The notes beneath the pieces were generated by a model that saw only the letters and a list, made by a program, of their open reading frames with translations, made no database searches and was not told where the DNA came from. A stretch of 40,851 bases of DNA from a virus. Its lineage: Duplodnaviria > Heunggongvirae > Uroviricota > Caudoviricetes. A program made the translations under genes and the position numbers. Shown here in pieces: positions 35,142 to 40,851 of the stretch (positions within the stretch are counted from its first letter, which is position 1; every line of letters starts with the position of its first letter). The stretch lies in IMG/VR virus record IMGVR_UViG_2541047691_000017; one strand, 5' to 3'.

Positions 35142-35184
35142 TTGACATCAAACCAAATACGCATAATTATTACCTAAACGGTAA
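35142..35184 (+). promoter_or_regulatory. Putative early promoter (-35 TTGACA at 35142-35147) with overlapping operator TTACC-TAAAC-GGTAA (35170..35184)
   Basis: TTGACA followed by AT-rich -10 candidates and an exact operator palindrome; precedes the rightward recombination operon (pL-like position). Confidence 0.55.
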
Positions 35185-35203
35185 CAGACCGAGGTAACAA
35201 GTT

Positions 35204-35356
35204 ATGCAGTGGAAAATCATCAACGGTTGGTGCTGCGTTACTGCATGCGGATTCATGAGCTGGAAGTTCCGCACCTTACAGGAAGGCATTAAGTGGGCTT
35301 TCGTCAGCAAAGAAGCTCGCGATGTGGCCAACGATAACGAGATATGGGAGGTCTGA
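35204..35356 (+). CDS. Small hypothetical protein (50 aa), first gene of early operon
   Basis: ATG 35204 with GAGG RBS; Trp/Cys-containing; below the 60-aa ORF-track cutoff, translated manually. Confidence 0.3.
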   Translation: MQWKIINGWCCVTACGFMSWKFRTLQEGIKWAFVSKEARDVANDNEIWEV

Positions 35357-35358
35357 TA

Positions 35359-35658
35359 ATGAACGTTAATCAGCAGAAAAATCTTCAAAAAATCATGCTG
35401 GCATTCGACAAGGACTACCGCCTGTCAGAACAGCTATATGACCGACAAGTTGAACTGATCGAGAGCATCCGGCTTCATCAACTAGCCTCAACTTTCGACG
35501 CTGTAACAGGTAAAGGCGTTCGCCAGGAAGTACTGGAGGCCGCTAAAGACAGTCCAGAGTTCGAAGAACTGATGGATTCCTACCGGCGCGAGGCAATGGC
35601 AATTATAGCGCGCTGGGATCTGGCGGATCAGCTTGATGGGCAGAGGGACGCGGCATGA
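35359..35658 (+). CDS. Hypothetical early protein
   Basis: Start ATG 35359 (MNVNQQKNLQK...), GGAGG RBS; ATGA overlap with the exonuclease gene. Confidence 0.45.
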   Translation: MNVNQQKNLQKIMLAFDKDYRLSEQLYDRQVELIESIRLHQLASTFDAVTGKGVRQEVLEAAKDSPEFEELMDSYRREAMAIIARWDLADQLDGQRDAA

Positions 35659-36554
35659 TGCGGAACGCTGGAATCATGGATAGAACAAAATACATCGGAG
35701 GAAGCGATGTTGCAGGGATTCTTGGAGTTAGCCCATGGCGCACCCCGCTTGAGGTTTATCTGGATAAGGTCCAGCCACGTGTCAAACCAGTAGACCCAAG
35801 CAAGCAGAAAGTTTTCACGCGTGGCCAGCGTATGGAGCCATACGTAATAGACCTGCTTTCTGAGGAAACAGGGATGGAAATCGTTCATCGCGGAAACCGC
35901 TATATCCACCGTGATTACGATTTTATTGCAGCTGAGATCGATGCAGAAGCAGCGTCAGGCGAGAACATTGAGATCAAAACAGTTAGTCCGTTCAAAGCCA
36001 AAGAATGGGGAGAAATCCAGACAGATGCAATTCCTGTGCATTACACGGCCCAGGCCATGCACGGGTTGATGGTTACAAACAAACAGGTATGCGTTTTCGG
36101 TGTGCTTATCGGTGGCGACGACTTCCGAATCTATCGGGTTGAGCGTGATGAAGAAACTATCCAGGCGATCTTAGAAAAAGAAATCGCTTTCTGGGACCGA
36201 GTGAAAAATCTTAACCCGCCGGAAGCTACCAGCGTAAGCGATGTATCGCTGATGTTTGAGAAAGATGCCGGGACAAGTATCGAGGCTGACGGAAAGGCAC
36301 TCGCACTATTCAACGATCTACGAGACATGAAGTCACGCAGAAAATCACTGGAAGAAGAAATAGCTATATCAGAAGAGAAGCTGAAGATGTACATGCAAGA
36401 GCACTCAGTCCTGACCCTGGACGGAAAGCCGCTCTGCACATGGAAATCTCAGATCAGCAACAGATTCGACCAGAAGCTATTCCAGTCAGTACACCCTGAG
36501 TTATTCGAAAAATTCAAAACAACAACGACACAACGCGTCTTCAGAATGAAGTAA
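35655..36554 (+). CDS. YqaJ/lambda-Exo-type recombination exonuclease
   Basis: 299 aa; N-terminal motif GGSDVAGILGVSPWRTPLEVYLDK typical of YqaJ-like viral recombinase exonucleases; immediately upstream of RecT. Confidence 0.75.
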   Translation: MMRNAGIMDRTKYIGGSDVAGILGVSPWRTPLEVYLDKVQPRVKPVDPSKQKVFTRGQRMEPYVIDLLSEETGMEIVHRGNRYIHRDYDFIAAEIDAEAASGENIEIKTVSPFKAKEWGEIQTDAIPVHYTAQAMHGLMVTNKQVCVFGVLIGGDDFRIYRVERDEETIQAILEKEIAFWDRVKNLNPPEATSVSDVSLMFEKDAGTSIEADGKALALFNDLRDMKSRRKSLEEEIAISEEKLKMYMQEHSVLTLDGKPLCTWKSQISNRFDQKLFQSVHPELFEKFKTTTTQRVFRMK

Positions 36555-36563
36555 GGAGAAAAA

Positions 36564-37586
36564 ATGTCTATCAATGCACTTAAGGCAGCGGCTACCGGTA
36601 ACCAAGTTGCACATCATAATGAGAAACCAACAACTCTGGCCGGACTTCTGGCAGACCCAAAAATTAAAGCTCAGATGGCTTTGGCACTTCCAAAGCACAT
36701 GACAGCAGACCGTCTGGCGCGCATAGCAACCACAGAGATCAGAAAGGTTCCAAAACTTGCATCATGCGACCAAGCCAGCTTCCTGGGGGCAATTATGCAA
36801 TGTGCCCAATTGGGTCTTGAACCAGGCGGAGCTCTTGGACACGCTTACCTGATACCGTTCGACAAACGCCAGAAAGTAAATGGAAGATGGGAAACCGTAT
36901 CTACAGAAGCACAGCTTATTATCGGCTATCGCGGAATGATTGACCTTGCCCGCCGCTCTGGGCAGATCCTGAGTATCTCGGCTCGTACCGTACATACAAA
37001 CGACAAATTCAGCTACTCATACGGCCTGGAAGAAACGCTCGAGCATTTACCTTGCGAAACAGGTGACCGCGGAGAATTAACGCACGTTTACGCCGTTGCA
37101 CGACTGAAAGATGGCGGAGTCCAATTTGAAGTTATGAGCCGGGCAGACGTTGAGAAAGTTCGTGCACTGAGCAAAGCCGGTAGCAGTGGCCCATGGGTTG
37201 ATCACTTCGATGAGATGGCTAAAAAAACAGTAATTCGCCGACTGTTCAAATATCTTCCTGTTTCTATTGAAATGCAGAAGGCTGTTGTTATGGATGAGCG
37301 CGCTGAAGCTGGACTTAGCCAAGATAACGCAGCTGTTATCACTGGTGAATATTCCGTAGTTGACGATGAGCGTCAACACCTGTCGCCAATTTCAGATTCA
37401 GAACGAGAAGAAGCTCGAGAATATATCATCGCGATACTTAATAGCCTGGATCCATCTGCTGAAGATGCAAAAACGATGTTCAAGCGCGCTGAAAATGAAA
37501 TTAACACCATGGCTGAAAAGCTCGGTGATGAATATCACCAAAAATTCATGATGACGCTTAACGATATGCGTCCAGAATTCGAGTAA
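36564..37586 (+). CDS. recT: RecT-family single-strand annealing recombinase
   Basis: 340 aa; long stretches match recalled RecT (HMTAERxxRIATTEIRKVP, QLGLEPGxALGHAYLxPF, QLIIGYRGMIDLARRSGQI, HVYAVARLKDGG.QFEVM, GPWV.H..EMAKKT.IRRLFKYLPVSIE). Confidence 0.85.
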   Translation: MSINALKAAATGNQVAHHNEKPTTLAGLLADPKIKAQMALALPKHMTADRLARIATTEIRKVPKLASCDQASFLGAIMQCAQLGLEPGGALGHAYLIPFDKRQKVNGRWETVSTEAQLIIGYRGMIDLARRSGQILSISARTVHTNDKFSYSYGLEETLEHLPCETGDRGELTHVYAVARLKDGGVQFEVMSRADVEKVRALSKAGSSGPWVDHFDEMAKKTVIRRLFKYLPVSIEMQKAVVMDERAEAGLSQDNAAVITGEYSVVDDERQHLSPISDSEREEAREYIIAILNSLDPSAEDAKTMFKRAENEINTMAEKLGDEYHQKFMMTLNDMRPEFE

Positions 37587-37635
37587 CCACCACCGCGGCG
37601 CAACGCGCGCCGCACTGCAACCAAGAGAGGTATTT

Positions 37636-37884
37636 ATGAAAGGTGCATTAGGTAAGAAGGAACTCCTGGCGGTGGTGCCACTGTCATGGAGCACTATCGA
37701 CCGTATGGAGCGCGCAGGTGAATTTCCTAAACGCTGGTATATCACTGACAAACGCTGCGCATGGAACCGTGACGAAGTTGAGCGTTGGCTTGATGAACGT
37801 CAGGCAGCAAGCCCGGCAGAGTTCCAGGGTAAAAAACCTCCTGTTCAGCAACGTGTATATCGTCCCGTGAGCAACGCTGCATGA
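37636..37884 (+). CDS. AlpA/Xis-family small DNA-binding protein (excisionase-like)
   Basis: 82 aa; pattern LSWSTIDRMERAGEFPKR...WNRDEVERWL fits AlpA-type regulators commonly paired with P4-type integrases. Confidence 0.55.
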   Translation: MKGALGKKELLAVVPLSWSTIDRMERAGEFPKRWYITDKRCAWNRDEVERWLDERQAASPAEFQGKKPPVQQRVYRPVSNAA

Positions 37885-37993
37885 GTGCGCTGCTAAGGCA
37901 CTGGAGCAAATGGTCAGGATGGTACTTATTCCTGGACTCTGTTTCAGCATGGCTTTATCTGCTGGCATTAATTTTCAGAGAGGGTTGGATTAA

Positions 37994-38293
37994 GTGAGAA
38001 AGTTAAGCCGACTTGAAAAATATCACATGAATAAGGTTTCAATGCGTAGTCCGTCAAAGATTGTCGCCGTTACTCCTGCGGCGATAGAGATCGAAAAACG
38101 CGCGATTGAAAGAGAAAAAAAAGGGCAGTTCCGCATTGCCGCTCACCTTTGGCTTCAGTGTATGGATGTTGCTTCTGGTGATGTTGAGCGAGCAAGGATT
38201 GCGGTTCGCAGGGACCAATGTATCACAAAAGGTAACGGCCTTCGCCGTGGCGACTATAGCGGCATAGGATGTTGTGGGGTGGTTTATGACTAA
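37994..38293 (+). CDS. Small regulator-like protein, possibly PerC-family
   Basis: GTG start at 37994 with GAGGG RBS (alternative ATG 38027); segment KKGQFRIAAHLWLQCMDVA...RARIAVRRDQC loosely recalls PerC/Pch-type activators. Weak. Confidence 0.35.
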   Translation: MRKLSRLEKYHMNKVSMRSPSKIVAVTPAAIEIEKRAIEREKKGQFRIAAHLWLQCMDVASGDVERARIAVRRDQCITKGNGLRRGDYSGIGCCGVVYD

Positions 38294-38936
38294 GAAATAC
38301 ACACTAATCTATGCAGATCCACCCTGGGTATACCGGGACAAAGCCGCAGATGGTAATCGCGGTGCCGGTTTTAAATATCCGGTTATGAGTGTGCTTGATA
38401 TCTGCCGCCTTCCTGTGTGGGATTTGGCCGATGAAAACTGTCTGTTGGCCATGTGGTGGGTGCCAACACAACCACTCGAAGCACTAAAAGTTGTTGAAGC
38501 CTGGGGATTCCGTCTGATGACCATGAAGGGCTTCACGTGGATAAAATGTGGTAGTCGACAACAAGATAAACTGGTTATGGGTATGGGTCACATGACTCGC
38601 GCCAATAGTGAAGATTGCCTGTTTGCAGTAAAGGGAAAACTACCTCCGCGCATTAATGCAGGGATCGTTCAGTCATTTACCGCACCGCGGCTTGAGCATT
38701 CAAGAAAACCAGATGTCGTTCGTGAAAAACTTGTGCAATTGTTAGGCGATGTTTCTCGCATTGAACTGTTCGCCCGCCAGTCGTCTCATGGCTTCGATGT
38801 TTGGGGTAATCAGTGCGAAGACCCGGCAGTGCAACTACACCCTGGATACGCGTTGGCTATTGGCGGATTAACAAATGCATTCAGCAATGCTCCGCTGTCA
38901 CCAACAGACAACCAGGGGCGGGAGCGTTCAGCATGA
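38286..38936 (+). CDS. MT-A70-family N6-adenine DNA methyltransferase (orphan)
   Basis: Start at ATG 38286 ([14 protein letters not shown]...); catalytic DPPW motif near the N-terminus; no adjacent restriction gene; ATGA overlap with the phosphatase gene. Confidence 0.75.
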   Translation: MTKKYTLIYADPPWVYRDKAADGNRGAGFKYPVMSVLDICRLPVWDLADENCLLAMWWVPTQPLEALKVVEAWGFRLMTMKGFTWIKCGSRQQDKLVMGMGHMTRANSEDCLFAVKGKLPPRINAGIVQSFTAPRLEHSRKPDVVREKLVQLLGDVSRIELFARQSSHGFDVWGNQCEDPAVQLHPGYALAIGGLTNAFSNAPLSPTDNQGRERSA

Positions 38937-39592
38937 ACCTATATCAACGCATCAATGGCGCTGACTGGTGCAATATCTTCGTCGTCGGCGATCTGCATGG
39001 GTGCTACACGCTGCTGATGAACGAACTCGACAAAGTTTCATTCGACCCGGCGCGCGATTTGCTTATTTCCGTTGGTGACCTTGTTGACCGCGGCGCTGAA
39101 AACGTCGAATGCCTGGATTTGATTACTATGCCGTGGTTCCGAGCTGTTCGTGGCAACCATGAGCAGATGATGCTGGATGCACTGGTCAACGGCGGAAGTT
39201 TCGGACATTGGATGTCAAACGGCGGTGGATGGTGGCGCCAACTTGATTCTGAGCAGGATGTGCAACTCAAATACCTTCTGCCAAAGGTTACCAACCTCCC
39301 GATGATTATCGAACTGGTTACCGGCAATAAGAAGGTCGTCATCTGCCACGCAGACTACCCCCACAACGAATACGCATTCGATAAGCCAGTACCGGAAGAA
39401 ATGGTGATATGGAATCGTGAGCGGGTTAGCGACGCGCAGGACGGTATTGTCTCGGAGATAACCGGTGCCGATTTGTTCATCTTCGGTCATACGCCAGCAC
39501 ATCACCCACTAGTGTATGCAAACCAGATGTACATCGACACCGGCGCAGTGTTCTGCGGAAATCTGACGCTTACCAAAGTCCAGGAAGGATAG
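38933..39592 (+). CDS. Ser/Thr protein phosphatase (lambda PPase / metallophosphoesterase family)
   Basis: Start ATG 38933 (MNLYQRING...); motifs VVGDLHG, GDLVDRG, GNHE characteristic of lambda-type phosphoprotein phosphatases. Confidence 0.8.
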   Translation: MNLYQRINGADWCNIFVVGDLHGCYTLLMNELDKVSFDPARDLLISVGDLVDRGAENVECLDLITMPWFRAVRGNHEQMMLDALVNGGSFGHWMSNGGGWWRQLDSEQDVQLKYLLPKVTNLPMIIELVTGNKKVVICHADYPHNEYAFDKPVPEEMVIWNRERVSDAQDGIVSEITGADLFIFGHTPAHHPLVYANQMYIDTGAVFCGNLTLTKVQEG

Positions 39593-39594
39593 AA

Positions 39595-40851
39595 TTATTT
39601 ATTACTGTCTTCCATCCACTTCTCAAACTTCGACGGGGAGAACGGAATCAGATCCGTATGCTCCCCGTTAATCCAGGAATCAATCATATCGGCCCACTGC
39701 TGCAACATGTAGGCGCGCTGTCTGGCGTATTCCGCTTTGTTATATACGGCGCGCACACCTTTCTGCTCATGTGCCAGAGCCTTTTCAATCCAGTCTGAAG
39801 GATAACCAGCCTCATGCAACAACGTACTGGCTGTACGGCGCATATCATGTACAGTGAAGTCCTGAATATACTCACCATCTTCATTTATTATTTTCACCGT
39901 TCTGTCGATCAGAGAGTTCAGTGCGGCATTAGATAATGGCTTCCGGAAATTGTAACGACCAGGAACCAGATATTCACTTCCACCAGCGCACATCTGCAAC
40001 CCAACCAATATATCCTGTGCCTGTTTTGGCAGGTAAATAACGTGCGCCCGGCTTCCCTTCATGCGGTCTGAAGGAATTGTCCATGTCCATTTTTTAAAAT
40101 CTATTTCGTCCCACGTTGCATTGGTGAATTCGCCTTTACGAACCATAGTGATAAGCACCAGTTTTAAAGCCATTTTCATAGTGCCCATAGCACCAATGGC
40201 ATCCAGCGTGCGGAAGAAAAGACCAATTTCTTCTGGTGTCAGCGTTCGCTCTCGTGGTTTAAATATGGCGATAGACGAAGGCTTAATATCAGCCGCAGGA
40301 TTAAACAAACCATGACCGCGGTCATTGGCGTGACGGTATACGCTGCTGATGATCTCCCTGGCCTGCACTGCTGTTGCCCGGCCACCGCGTTCGACAATCC
40401 GGTCACACAAATCACGAACCATCGATGTGGTAATTTCAGCCATCATTTTGTTGCCAAGAACCGGAAGTATGTCACGGTCGATCACCGCCTGCTTCATTGC
40501 GCGGGTACTGTCAGCCAGGATGACGTGTTTCATATAACTGTCGGTATGTACCGCAAACGTCTCGGCACCACGAATCTTTTTGATACCGTCACGTTTAGCC
40601 GCAGCCGGCGACTGGCCTGCTTTAAGCAGCTTCTTTGCAGCAATCAGTTCTTCCCGCGCTTCTGCCAGGCTGATACCGTCACGCCCATACTGCCCGATTA
40701 CCAGTGTTTCGCGGCGACCGTTGATACGGTAGTCATAGCGAAACGAGACCGTACCTGACGTAAGCACAGCTACATACAGCCCGTCACGATCGGAGACCTT
40801 GTACAGTTTGTCCTGCGGCTTGAGGTTTTTTAATTTTGTATCGGTAAGCAC
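39595..40851 (-). CDS. int: Tyrosine recombinase/integrase, P4-type; N-terminus at the window edge (may be slightly truncated or start with GTG)
   Basis: 418 aa; N-terminal arm-binding-type region (KLKNLKPQDKLYKVSDRDGLYVAV...FRYDYR) and C-terminal catalytic residues (R...HDMRRTASTLL...AVYNKAEY); convergent with the early operon. Confidence 0.85.
   Translation of the reverse strand: MLTDTKLKNLKPQDKLYKVSDRDGLYVAVLTSGTVSFRYDYRINGRRETLVIGQYGRDGISLAEAREELIAAKKLLKAGQSPAAAKRDGIKKIRGAETFAVHTDSYMKHVILADSTRAMKQAVIDRDILPVLGNKMMAEITTSMVRDLCDRIVERGGRATAVQAREIISSVYRHANDRGHGLFNPAADIKPSSIAIFKPRERTLTPEEIGLFFRTLDAIGAMGTMKMALKLVLITMVRKGEFTNATWDEIDFKKWTWTIPSDRMKGSRAHVIYLPKQAQDILVGLQMCAGGSEYLVPGRYNFRKPLSNAALNSLIDRTVKIINEDGEYIQDFTVHDMRRTASTLLHEAGYPSDWIEKALAHEQKGVRAVYNKAEYARQRAYMLQQWADMIDSWINGEHTDLIPFSPSKFEKWMEDSNK

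Larger units (their letters stand above)
1145..40851. mobile_element. Prophage: temperate podovirus with T7-like virion module and lambdoid regulation/replication; right end beyond the window
   Basis: Contiguous phage gene content from Rz/Rz1 (1290) to integrase at the window edge. Left boundary approximate; the att core cannot be located without the other end. Confidence 0.85.

Overview
The window is almost entirely one temperate podovirus-type prophage (about 1.15 kb to the window end at 40851, continuing beyond it), next to two host-like envelope genes at 1..1071. Reading on the minus strand from right to left, the late region is terminase small and large subunits, portal, scaffold, major capsid, T7-like tail tubular proteins A and B, four internal virion proteins, a 1039-aa tailspike, then a lysis cassette (two holin-like proteins, GH19 endolysin, Rz with embedded Rz1). 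The regulatory and replication module is lambdoid: a tandem-HTH repressor divergent from a Cro-like gene, O-like initiator with in-gene iterons, lambda P-like helicase loader, and a rightward early operon (YqaJ-type exonuclease, RecT, AlpA-like protein, MT-A70 methyltransferase, Ser/Thr phosphatase) ending at a convergent P4-type integrase. Plus-strand insertions carry a tRNA-Arg(UCU) with a Gp49-like gene, and an antirepressor region between the internal virion genes and the tailspike. The most notable signals are: (1) a palindrome TTACC-N5-GGTAA at 12 intergenic sites, three of them between the repressor and cro genes; (2) a near-consensus LexA box in front of an 85-aa paralog of the antirepressor C-terminal domain; (3) an AT-rich two-gene cassette (69-aa protein plus 288-aa membrane protein) that is a candidate uncharacterised exclusion or defence module; (4) three copies of the palindrome GTGACATGTCAC at gene ends; (5) a tailspike combining a T7-type adaptor, Asp-box motifs and a C-terminal chaperone-like domain. 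All homology calls are from sequence reading and memory, not from searches.
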